Shown here: piece by piece, positions 16,011-29,504 of the stretch
Position numbering within the stretch: the first letter of the stretch is position 1
How the letters are laid out: each line of letters begins with the position of its first letter
NCBI RefSeq assembly: GCF_009914755.1
Contig: NC_060929.1
Direction: 5' to 3' (one strand)
Source of the DNA: the human T2T-CHM13v2.0 reference genome, Homo sapiens
DNA length: 64,000 nucleotides
Position numbers and translations under genes: made by a program
Notes under the pieces: generated by a model
Told to the model about the DNA's origin: nothing
The model's database searches: none
Seen by the model: only the letters and a program-made list of their open reading frames with translations

Positions 16011-16811
16011 AACTAACTAAACGAACAAAAGTTACTTCCCAAGCTTATGCCATATTCTTTTTATATCTCCTTAATGAGGTCAAATTGTTGTCTTGGGAGG
16101 AGGGTTTTAAATGTTGGAAAATAGCCCAAGGTCATTACGAGTTTAGCCTGATGGCTGAGTACCTTGAACTCTACTGTCTCGCCACTCTGCTTGCTCTTCT
16201 GCACAATGATGGGATGATAACAAGAATAAATTTCTTGTATAATTTGTAAAATGACCCTGAAGGCCATCTTAAAAGAAGAGTGAGAGTTACTGAATGGCTT
16301 GTTTAGAGCAACCAAAGCACCTGTGGAACAGGTGCACAGTCTTCCAGCATGACTACTTAGAAATCAGTAACTCTCACTAGGCCATATAGGTCTGGACAAG
16401 ATTCATTTATGAGATACAATCAATGTCTCCCTATCAGAGCCACACTGAAAACCAAGTAGTATTTTGCATTGTTACCACCTCTAAAAGCCTGAAAAATGGA
16501 AACAATTTCCATAAGCTCCAGAACATTCCAGAAAACCCTTTTCTTTTGCCTCCTACCACATGTATGAGAGACAGCAAGAGAATATGAGAGAACACGGGTT
16601 CACATGCATATGAAGGAGAGAAACATAGTGGATTTTTGTTAGGAGGATATAATTTCCAATCAGCCAGACCCTTTTCACTCAATAATTTCCTACACTGCAG
16701 AGAAGTTAGGTGTTGGATCACTTCCCTCTATGCTTTTTAGACCAGAAGTGTAAATTCTAGCAATGTGTTAATTTATTATCAAATGTGGTTATAAACCCCC
16801 CAATAATTTGT

Positions 16812-16814
<3 letters not shown>

Positions 16815-16850
<36 letters not shown>
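16815..16850. repeat. (CA)n microsatellite
   Basis: About 18 uninterrupted AC units. Confidence 0.97.
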
Positions 16851-16854
<4 letters not shown>

Positions 16855-17504
16855 ATCAAATTTGTAGGAAAAAATCATGTTTTGGAGAAGCATAGGCCAT
16901 AGCAGTGAATTTTAGAAGCCAAATGCCAAGAGAATAGAGATGTTGAACACTATAGCCCCTTTGCTCCTAATTAAGCACAAATAAATGTATTTGAATGACT
17001 TGATTAGATCTATTAGATTTTATTTTGCATGTAACTAGCATACAGCCAGACCTGGAAGTACTCACTCACCACTAAATTGTCTCCTGATTAGAAGGTTGAG
17101 TGTTGTTGGTTGGCATTTGGTTCAGTTAGAAACCTTCCCTTCTGAGTGCCAATCTGAACTGGCCACCTTGCAACAAAAAGAAACAGTGGTGTGTTGGCCA
17201 TGGGCTGGTTCATACCACGTTGAGGCTGAGGATGTGTGGTTTGATGGAAATCTGAATGCTGGAGCTCCCCATCAGTCTTCCCACATGTGAATGTCTGCAG
17301 TGTCTCCTATCTACTATGAGGACAGAACTCATAATCAAGAGCCTTTGGGAAAGCCTGGATTGATAGGCATGTGTCCCATGCCCTGAACAAAGTGTGCTTC
17401 CCAAAGCCAGCACTAGTGACCTCTAGCACCCTCCACGAAAACTTAGGTCCACACCAGAGCTGAACTCCCTCTTCACTTCTCTCAAGTATGCTAAGACTAA
17501 TTTC

Positions 17505-17730
17505 TGTCTTAGTTCATTTTGTGCAGGTATAACAAAATAACTGAGACTGGGTAATTTATAAAGAACAACCATTTATTTTCTCACAGTTCTGGAGGCTGAG
17601 AAGTTCAAGATCAAGGATTCAGGAGGTTTGGTTGTCTGGTGAGGGCTGGTCTCTGCTTCCAAGATGGCACTTTGATGCTGTGTCCTCCAGAGGAGAGAAA
17701 TGCTGTGATCTCACCTGGTGGATGGCACAA
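17505..17730 (-). mobile_element. Partial MaLR LTR (MST/MLT1A-like)
   Basis: TGTCTTAGTTCATTTTGTGC...GACTGGGTAATTTATAAAGAACA...CTCACAGTTCTGGAGGCTGAGAAGTTCAAGATCAAGG. Confidence 0.8.
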
Positions 17731-18422
17731 GGCCCAACTGTCACTGAGGAGGGGAAGACCCAGGAAGAAAGGTCAAAAGTCAAGCAAATTGCCTCACTAT
17801 CCTCTCAAGTCCTTCAGAGCCTCAGGATCCCCTGTGGACCCTGGAAGTTTTCCCCCATCTTACTCAGGTCACTCCTTTCTCCGAGACCTTCTAAACTTTG
17901 AGGAAACTAAGAGACCTGGCCCTAAGCATAGATGGGACAGGATGGTGTAAATGTGCAACACAAACCAGCAAGACACAGGTACTCTCCTCTACCTTCCCTG
18001 CAGAGCAAACAGTGTTGACAGCAGTGAAGATGATGATAATGATGACAACTGCAGTGTTTTGGAGAGCAAATACCTAGGGCCAGCTATTTTACAGATATCC
18101 TTATGTTACTATCCAAAGAAACTTTATAAAGAGACGATGGAAAATCACAGCTTTGAACTAGATGACCTGTGTCTTTATTTGATTTGCCTGCCCTTCCTTC
18201 AGAATTTTTTTTTTTGTCTTTCTCTACCTCCCACAAGTTGAATGCCTACCTCATGCTCCTAGGGCTCCTCTCTATCAGAAAATTTGGTCCCCACTGGTAC
18301 TATGGGTTACCCATGGCTGTCTCCCTTGCTTAGGCTGTGAGCTGTAAGAGGCTGACTTTGTCTCTATAAACCCAACCAATCCAGTACCAAGGACAGAGTA
18401 TGCCCTTAGCAAATGGGTGTCA

Positions 18423-18451
18423 GATGGATGGATGGATGGATGGATGGATGG
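18423..18451. repeat. (GGAT)n microsatellite, probably from an L2 3' tail
   Basis: About 7 GATG units immediately after an L2-like 3' end. Confidence 0.9.
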
Positions 18452-20369
18452 AAAAAAATCTATGTACAACTTGGCTTGGATTAAACAGATATTGAATGTC
18501 TCCTGTGTGTCAGGCTCAGTGCTAAGAATTCAATAGTGACCATACAGACATAGTTCCTACCTTTAAGGAGCTTCCAGTCTGGTTTATAAGTTTACAAGCC
18601 CCAACCCTTTTCCTTCTCCCTCCCTGGAAAAGTCTACCTAACAGCCTACTTCTCAGTGTTTAGGATACAGCCAGGCTCTCTTGAAGGCAGAGGACAGAGC
18701 AGGGGTCTCAGTCATATTCTCAGTTCTATCTGCCACAAGAGTAATGTAAGTGCTGATGGTACTGATGGGAGAGAAGCTCAATCTTCTGTCTTTTGGCTCA
18801 CAATTCAGAGGCTCCTACTTTCTGTGACAGTCCCTCTCAGGGCCATACTATGGCTTTTCACTTCTTCAGGTGCCTGTACTCCTGCTGACCTCCTCAGTCC
18901 TGAGTCAATGCAGCAGATGCCAGAACTTTCCATGTCCCCACATTGAGTGTAAATCACACGGCATTAAATAAAACAGACATCAGCATTGCCTACCCTCTAT
19001 CTCCTTCCCTTGGCAAAAGGAAATGATAAGTGCATGCTGTCGAGCAGGTGTAGTGTATCAGGCAATTACTTTTCTAAACTCTCAACCAACCTGCAAGATA
19101 AGCATCACAGATATGGGAATCAAAGCTCTCAGAAGTTGGGCAGACTTGTTCAAGACCTCACAGGACTTGAATTCAGGTCTTTCTAGGTCCATAGCAGGTG
19201 CTTATCCTACTACACAAGACTTTATGGAGCAAAGTGAAGGACTGTGCTTTGAACAACCAAGGGGCAATTTGCTGAATTGGCCAAACATAAATTATTTGGA
19301 GTCCTATCAAAGGCTATGTTTTCCTCTGTGGATATGCAATCTTTTATCTCACAACCTAGAGAAAAAAAAATATTTCTAAGTGAAAGAGAGCTGACAGGAA
19401 GAAATTTAGACAGGCTTACCAGGGTGACATTAAAATGCCTCTGAACCAGTGAGCTATGGCAAATGCTCCACTCTTGATCAACTTTATAATCCAGCTGGGG
19501 CAGCGTATAGCCTGCCATGAAAATGAGATTCCAGAAAGATGGGCTGAGGTCAGGGTAAAATTGGGACTTGTTCTCAAAGGATGTCATGAGTTGACTGTTG
19601 GGTTGATGTTGAATCCCCAGGATGTTACGGCTAGTGTCAACCATTCCAACTAATGTGTTTTGGGGGCCAACTCTGGGCCAGGCTCTGGACCAGGCCCTAC
19701 ATTTTCAGTCATGAAAATGGCAATGCACACAGGCTGGAGAAGTGGCAATTAGACAAAGAAATCTCATGCACTGAGAAGTGCTAAAATAGGGGTGGCTCCT
19801 GTTCACATCTCTGTGAGTGTGAATAGAAGCCCCTGCCCTCCAGGAACTTATGACTGCTGTGACCTGCGTGAGACAAGGGTGCAAGTATCTGACAACAAAT
19901 GGTACTCATTCATTCAACAAAACCTGCAGGCCAATGAGAAGACAAGATTAGTGAGACAGCCCTATCTTCTGAATATCATTACACACATTCTACAGAAGAG
20001 GGAAAATACCTCCAGACAGCTTGTCAACTTGCCTGGGCTCATGAGCTAGTGTTTGGCAGAACCATATTGGAACACTAGACTGTCTGGGATCACAAGGCCT
20101 ATATCTTTCCACAACATAACAGAGGCTGAAATGACTCTGAATTGCCCTCTCAATGAATCTCATCTGTAAGTATTCTTTGGAGTCTGAAGAGATTCTTTGA
20201 TACAAGACTAGCGTCTAGTTCATGTGCTCAATTCAGGCCAGTTGGCTCAGAGGCCTAGAAAGAGCCCAAGCTGTTGCTAACTCTTCTTGGGGACCAGTTT
20301 ATATCATAGGGGGAGGAACAGTGGGCTTCACTCAAGTAGCCCTCAGCAATTGTATATCGTCCATAGTAC

Positions 20370-20690
20370 ACTCAGAGACAAGCCACCCAAATCCCCTTCA
20401 AGGAAGGACTTGCTCCCCAGCTGCTGGGGGAATACAGCAGGCACCTCCAGCTGTCAGCTCCTCTTGGATCTGCCTCAGCTGCCAAGAGCCTGGGTCTCAC
20501 CTTCCTGGGCAGCCTGTATTCAGTGGTATAGGGCCAGCCATTTCAGCTCAGCCCAACACTGATGGGTGATCTTTGCTCCCATGCTCCTTATCAAGTGGGC
20601 CAAGGCTTTGTCAGGTATACATTGTATTTTGATTTTTCCCTCTGACCCATCCTCCTGCTTCCTCCCCTTCCTTCCACAGGTGTTCATTCC
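20370..20690. mobile_element. Probable ancient ERVL LTR (LTR16-like), interrupted by an Alu
   Basis: CCCCTTCAAGGAAGGACTTGCTCCCCAGCTGCTGGGGA resembles my recollection of the LTR16 consensus; resumes after the Alu. Confidence 0.45.
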
Positions 20691-20701
20691 TAATAGACAT
20701 C

Positions 20702-20996
<295 letters not shown>

Positions 20997-21535
20997 CCTA
21001 ATAGACAACTTGCATTCCAGTTTGTCTCTGCATTTACTGTCAGAGACTCCAACCTCCAGCAGTGTTGAATGTCTTCAGCAGTGTGTATGTGTGAGGAGTG
21101 GAATGAAGAGTGTTGCAAACAGACAGAGCCTTGCTCTTAAGATGTTCATCGTTGGGCATGAAGGGAGAAGTGTGGATGGTTCAGTTCAGACTCCCATCTG
21201 CAGAAGAATTCAGAGTCTAAACTCCCTGCATCTGCCTGAGCGCCAGCACAGCAGGCCCTCCTCAGTGCCCAGCCTGGCTGACGGTGAGTCACAGAGGCCT
21301 GGGGCCATATGAGGAGTCTGTGACCCTGGGCACCAGCTTCTTTCCAGCTCATCTGCCAATTACTTTGCTCACATTCTTCTCTTCACATCCACTGACCATC
21401 CTGATGCAAGCCACCAGCACATTCCCTGAGTTCCATCTCTGGACCCCTGCTTCCAGTCATTCTCCATAATATATCCACAGTAAACTCAAAATGCAAAGCA
21501 GATCACATTCTCTACTGCTTAAAACTTCCCAGTGG

Positions 21536-21894
<359 letters not shown>

Positions 21895-22109
21895 CTATTA
21901 CATTCTCCATGTTCCACCCCTGTGTATGTTTCTGACCTCCAAAATATTTTGGGGGATCTGCCACATGCCAGGCAGGTGTTGGAGATACAGCAATGAACAG
22001 AATGAAGTCCCTACATCCAATGAGCTTCCATCCTAAGGGGAACAGACAACAAACAAACAACTAATGCATCAAAGGGTGATAAATGTCAGGGAGAAAAATA
22101 GAAAGTGCT

Positions 22110-23090
<981 letters not shown>

Positions 23091-23837
23091 CAGTATTTCA
23101 TCTCCTATCAACCACTGAATTCACACTGCTCATTCATCAGTTTCTAGAAATGTAAGCTAGTTTTACCTCCTGGCCTTTGCACTTGCTGTACCCTCAGCTA
23201 GATGCTCTTCCTGTCTACATGGGCAGTGGGGTGCAGCCGTCTGAGAGACAGACAGGACTCTCACCCTTGGGCACCTTCTTTTTTCAGGTTTCAATATGAC
23301 TGCCACTTACCTCTGATGTGTTGAAAGTAGATCTCAATCGCATGCACTGTTTGCTTTTTTGTAGCATTTGTCACTACCCGTGACCTTTGTGTTGTGTGTT
23401 TCTCTGCTAGTCTAGCTCCATGAGCATTGCTGGCACCTAGCTAGCGCCTGGCACATGGAGGATGCTCAGTTAACATTTATTAAATTGATTTAACAGAGAC
23501 TAGCAACCACGGTTTTATACTCCAGGGGCTCACGGCCAGAATGAGAAGGATATGTCACTAAAGATTAGTCACAGGTGAGAAAGAGCAAGTGCAGAGAGGA
23601 CCAAAGGAACACCTAGCAGCCAAGGGACAGGGCAGGGGCAGGGATAGGATCTGTCAGGGAGGGCGTCAGCAAGGCCAGTCAAGGGAAGATGAGCTGGGCA
23701 GGAGGGAGAGGGCATAGCCAGCCAGACCTGGGTTAAGTGGGCCAAGCCAGGCAGGGCCAGGATGAGCTGGCCTTCTCTCCACAGAGCTAGCAGACAGAGG
23801 GTGCACAGGCCACACCAGGACCAGGGCAGGGAGCACC

Positions 23838-23952
23838 AGTATAAAAATACCAGCAACGTCTGCCACAAAGCCATTTTGACAGCTCCTTCTCCAGGTGGTG
23901 GTGGGAGGCTCAGAGGCCATAAATCAGAATTAACTGCAGCTGTCATGCAAAG
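23838..23952. promoter_or_regulatory. Candidate developmental enhancer/promoter: PBX-HOX site with two MEIS sites
   Basis: CCATAAATCA (=TGATTTATGG) 23917-23926; TGACAG 23877-23882; CTGTCA 23940-23945 overlapping E-box CAGCTG; TATAAAA 23840-23846. Confidence 0.5.
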
Positions 23953-26900
23953 GGTGCTTCCCCAGGACGTTCATCCAGACACCAGGGGAAAGAAATCCCA
24001 CTGGGCCACCCAGGCCAGCGCACCACATGTTCTCACCCCACCAACCACTGCTTTACCTCTGCAACTGCGGCCAAAGCTTCCCTCCAACAAACCATGACCT
24101 CAACAACCTTCACCTTGAACACAGGGCAGAGGTAAACCCTCCCACAAGTCCCACGAAGGCCAAGGCCTAAAGGAAATATGGCTGCTGAAAAATAATGAAA
24201 CCCCTATGCACCCTAGAGCTACTCCTGCCTGAACCTGGGAGGTGTCCCTGAGGCTGTGTGGGTGAGACCAAGGAGGGTGACAATCGCACATCACCAAGGG
24301 AAGGAGGTAGTTCTTGTCAGCTCAGAGCAAGGAGCGGGGGCCCATGGTGGGGCAGCAGAGCTAGGCTGGGAGCACCAGCCAGGATAAAGCCCATCTGGCA
24401 AATTTCCCCAAATTGATTGGCACTGGCTGCTAAGAAGCTAAGGCTTGTTAGCAGCAGCTTTCAGAGCACAGTGTGGTGGGATCTGTGGATTTCTCCGCTC
24501 TGGGGTATTTTTCTTGGCTTCTTGAGGCCACAGAAAGTATGATCTCCCCCCATCCTCCAACCATGATCCTGGTCTGTGCCAGGGTTAATCCGGCTGCCCT
24601 GAAGGTCAGGAACCCCCTACATCAGCACTGTGTCTGGTACAGAGGGGACATGCTCCCTTGGAAGAACTCCTCGGCTCTCAGATTTCTGGGCACTCCAGAG
24701 GCAGCCCCGGGCCCTTCTGGGATGACTGGAGGCATATTAACAAGCGTGGGACGTTTGAGGGGGCCTGGCTCTGGGCCATTTCCTCTGCTGGGTTTTCGGC
24801 CCTCTGACCCTCCTCGGAGAACCTTTCTCTGACTGTGATGCAACAGCCCCTGCTCCCTAAGTCTCTGGCCTGGGCTCCTCATTCAGATGCTCCAGCCCAC
24901 TCACAGTCTGGTCCTTCATCGCCCCCAAGTGGCTGTCTAGGCTCACTGCTCGCTGAGCTGACATATTTCGTTTTCCTTCAACATGGTAAATAGACACTGC
25001 TTTCCTACTATTCACCTGGCACCCTCACTAGACCTGCAAGGGACACAGTGCCTGTCCTAAAAAAAGTATAATCTCCTCAGGAGATGAGGGCACACCCTCA
25101 ATGGAACACTGAAATCAAATAAGATAATATATGCTTTCAGGGAGAGATAAAGTCGCAGCAGAGAAGGAAAGGCTCAAAAAGACTGAAGCCATAGCATGCC
25201 TTTAAGCATGGAGTACATTGTGGTATGTGGAGAGGTTGGGGAAGGACTCCAGGAAGGAGGGATGACATGGGTAAAGACTGGATGAGGAAAGACCTGCAAG
25301 GAGTCAGAGAGGAAGGAAATGAAGCAGTATGCATGGCTGGAGCCAAGATCCCAGAAGAGAAGTCGCTTCTCTTCCAATGAAGAGAGCAAGAGAGACCCCA
25401 GCCAACTCCTCCCAAGTTATGGAGCACCTTGAAAGGGGCTTTTTCCTTTAAATACCAAAGCTCTCAAAAAAGATGAATCTGACACCCAAGCATGGGGTTG
25501 AGTGGACACAACAGGCTCCAGAAGTAACAAGCACAGCGGAGCCACCTAGGGAGCCAGCGGGCCCACCCCAGCCCTTTGAAGGATCCCGTCTATCTGTGGA
25601 GAAGAGGAGGCTCTGGCACTCACTAAGCCCCTGCCGTATATCTGATCCATGCAGGTGTCGAATCACCTGCTATCTTATTTAAGCACCACGCGGGCTCCTG
25701 TGGGAGGCCTGTTCCCTTTTTCACAAATGGAAAGGCCAGGGCTCAAAGAGGTTAAGCATAAGGTCACATAGGTAGGAAGAAGCCAAGCAGAACTTCAAGC
25801 CCATCTGTGATTCCACATCTGTGTTCTTCCCAAAAATCACAGTTTACATTAGTGTGGGGGTATAATCTGTAGACGTGCTTTCATATGCTTTATTTAATTT
25901 AATCATCATATTAACCCCAGGAAGCTGGAGGTATTATTTCTATTTTATGGAAGAGAAAATAAAATCTCCAAGAAATAATATGCCCCATGACTCATTATCT
26001 AGTAGGTGGCTAGGCTAAGATTTAAAATTCAAACACCAGTGTGTTTGGTAACCTAGACCCTTTCACGACTCCACAGTGATACTGTTTTGTGTCACCTCCT
26101 TCCATTAAAGTGTGGAGACTGAGAGTTTTCCCACAAAAACTGTCCTGCTGTCTCCCAGCCCAAGTTCATTCTCACCTAAGTGCCCTACCCATGCCTTGTC
26201 ACAGGAAGTCAGAAGCACACACACTCCAAGGACCCCGACCACCAGGCACAGTTCCCGCCCCTCATTAGCAGATGTGGTTGATTTGTTAGTTTTGTCACTG
26301 CTGCCCTTGAATATCTCCATGCTCAGGTTCTGGGATGGGGCACAGCTAGGAACAAATATCCTTGAGATTGCATGAGTGCCCCTAAATCTAAAGCCATGGT
26401 CTGGGGAGCCAGAATGGGTGAAGGGGTGATACAGACATGTTTTGTTAAAGGACTTCCCTGCCATTTCTCCTGAGAACCCTTTTCCTTAGCGATGAAAATG
26501 TGTGGGGGACAACCTCTCTCCAACTAGAGGGATTGTCTGGGTGGAAGAAACAGCTCCCAGCAACAGGAATGATGTAGGAAGGCAAGACACACATCCCAAG
26601 GTGGGATGGCAATGATTCTCACTACCTGAGTATAGATTATAGGATAAAAAGTAACAGAAGCGCAAGAGAAGCACAAAGGCAGATTCCACAAAGGATCAGA
26701 ACAAGGGCTCATGTTTATTGGGATTTAGGTGCTAAGGACTTCACTGCTCCATTCCAAATGAGCACCATAACCACCCAGCGAGGCCACAATTCTCATGCTT
26801 CCATTTGACAGATGAGAAAATGGAGGCTCTGGAAGCTTAGGTAACTTGCCCAAGGGTTTGTAATCCAGTGAGGCTGATTCCCTCCCCTCTGCCCATAATC

Positions 26901-28611
26901 ACTGTTTGATATAATACTCCCCTGAAGTATTCTATCAAAGGCCTCACCTTCAAGAATTTCTGATTTAAAAGGTCTGGGGTATGGCCTGAAAATCTGTATT
27001 TTTAACAAGTTACCAGATGACTCGGAAGCTTTGAAAATGATTATTCTAGAAGTTGGATGGCTAATCAATAATTTACTCAAAATCAACCCAAGTTCAATGG
27101 CAACAGGGATGTGTATCATCTTGCATTTGGGGGTGAACTGGGCTGGTGATGCTGATGCATCTTAGCTTTAGCAGTAACCAGCTCTGAGCCAGATCCTCTC
27201 CCTCATGTCTGGCTCTTGTGGAGCAGGGCACAGAGGTGGGCACTGCACTGTTAAGCCTTGAAAGAGGCCCCAGGGGGCTAATCCATCACACAAGGACAGC
27301 ACCACTGTGGGAGGCTCTAGGGACTCTGACAGCCCACAAGTGCTGGAGTCTGAGCCACCAGCCATGAGCCCAGCTGTGCAGCCCAATCCTACTCTCTATT
27401 TTGCCCGAACCACAAGCATCTGAAATGTGCATCCCTGGAGGTTTGATTTTAGCATTTCAAGATCAAGAAGCAGACACACTTGCCTTGTCTGCTGCTCCAA
27501 GGGCACACAGTCCCCTCCCACCTCTACTCCACACATAGCCCAACCATAGAAGATGGCAACTGGAGGAGAAAAGGGAGGAGGGAAAGACAGTAGCCAGGAG
27601 GTGGTGAATAGAGGAGCTCAGAAGACCCTACCCCCTCGTGTCCCGGGACGTGCTGCCCCTGTCAGGGGAGTCCTAGACAAGGTCCAGTTGCAGTTCGTGG
27701 CAAGAGATTTAAATTCATAGTAAAAGCATGGTTCTCATGTTTGCCTGTGTGGCTGCATCTCTGCTCTGCTTCAGGTCAGGCTGACCCTAGACTCCTAACA
27801 TGGACAGACAGTCCAAATGCAGATATACTGTATGTACGATGAGTTGTCCAGCTGGAAAATGCACTTTCTAATGATGCCACACTTTGGATCTTTAGATCTT
27901 TGGATCATTAATAGAGCATTTAAAAAGAAGCAGGTAATTTGTAGAAGCTCTAAAAGCCTTTGTTGAAAATTCATTGCTCTGCAGCAATCAGATATTATAG
28001 TTCTAGGGCCGCCAGCGTCCTTTGACGAAGAATGTCAAATATAAGCAGAGCAATTATGAGCCGCTGGTGAGTCCCAGGGCAATATTCAAAAGAAAATAAT
28101 AAATAATTTTTTAAAACATGTTTTAATATTTGATGAACGTAAAAATTAAAAAAGTAAAACATGCCCTTATATGAAACCAGCTATGTAGTTTAGGAAGCAA
28201 AAGTGACAGTTCCATTTGTTTTATGTTGGTGTAAAATTCACAAAAATTTAAAAACCAGGTAAATACAAAGCACAAACAAAACAAAACAAAACAAAGAATG
28301 CAAAGGAAAAGAAAGAACAGATTCTATAAATCCGGGGTTGCACCACCAGCTGCTCTGATGCTAAGCATAGGGTTTGATTGCCCAGATGAAGGGGAAACAC
28401 TGGTGTGAACAAGAACAAAGACACAGTTTTAAACCCTGCACGAAGGGTTCGGGTGCAGAGAGGAGAGACATCACCTTACTCAGTAGTCTTCCCTGTCTGG
28501 CTTAACTAGTGTCCAAAAGGAAAGTGCATTCTAGATTCCCTAGGCTTGCAAGAGATAGTGAAGAGACAAAAAGATACCACTAATTCATTGCCCTGGCCAG
28601 CCTTTTAGATC

Positions 28612-28782
28612 CGTGGTTCTCAACATAGTCTGAACATCAGAGTTATCTGGGGAACATTTAACATCTTAATGTCAGGTCACTCCTCAGACTAATTAAGTAA
28701 GAATTGGTAAGAACCAGGCATCAAAGTTTAAAGTTTTTAAAAAATATTTCAATGGGTCAATGGTCAGGCTGAGAGACACTGC
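28612..28782. mobile_element. MER5A-like hAT DNA transposon MITE
   Basis: Termini GTGGTTCTCAAC...GAGAGACACTG; internal CATCAGAGTTATCTGGGGA. Confidence 0.65.
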
Positions 28783-29448
28783 TCTAGAATACTCTGACTT
28801 AATGTTGAATTTCCTGGATTTTTTGGCAGATTTTGATAATCTGCTTTATGCCATCATCCACGTGGTCAGTTAAGATCTGGCCACAAATCCACCTCACTGC
28901 CCATTCCTGACACTCTGCATCCTTATATCCTTATCTTGCACTGATTACCTCACAATGGGCATGAACCAAAGTCGAGCAATTAATTGATACTTTAAAAAAC
29001 AACAGAATAAAATTGTGAAAGTGTATCCCAGTCCTCTCCGCATAAAATGTCTTCTAAGAACACAATAACATCCTATCCAATTTCATTAGCCACAAATGCC
29101 TTTGCAAAGTAAACTCAATTCTTAAAAAAACGTTAGCAAGCCAAAGGTTTCTTCTCCCATTGTCAATCAGTTCCTTGATTTTATCCTTTGCCTCACAAAA
29201 CATTTTGTGGAAGATCTGCCACCTACCTCTTCAAATAACTTGTTTTTTTCCTTCAGGTTGTGTGATAATATGGTCATTCTGATTTTTGTCCTAAGAGAAA
29301 CTTATACCAGACAGACAGGTCTTAGATCATTTTTTCTCCCACTTTACCATCATGCTGTTGTTCAATTTTTTTTTAAAAAAAGTTCTTTTAGAAGTGCCTC
29401 TTCCAATCAAAGGAAGGCCATTTATTTCAAGATATATAAATAGCTGTG

Positions 29449-29504
29449 GATTTTTAAGATTCTTAAGATTTCTAAGATTTTTAAGATTCTTAAGATTTTT
29501 AAGA
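29449..29504. repeat. 9-bp tandem repeat (GATTYYTAA) x6
   Basis: GATTTTTAA GATTCTTAA GATTTCTAA GATTTTTAA GATTCTTAA GATTTTTAA GA. Confidence 0.95.

Noticed and set aside
23569-24097. Overlapping ORFs of 84-125 aa, one hydrophobic (MALWQTLLVFLYW...) like a signal peptide
   Set aside because: No homology I recognise; better explained as the shadow of a purine-rich regulatory region.
24622-24882. 86-aa minus-strand ORF and overlapping 119-aa plus-strand ORF in GC-rich unique DNA
   Set aside because: No recognisable domain or supported exon chain; ORFs of this length are expected in GC-rich sequence.
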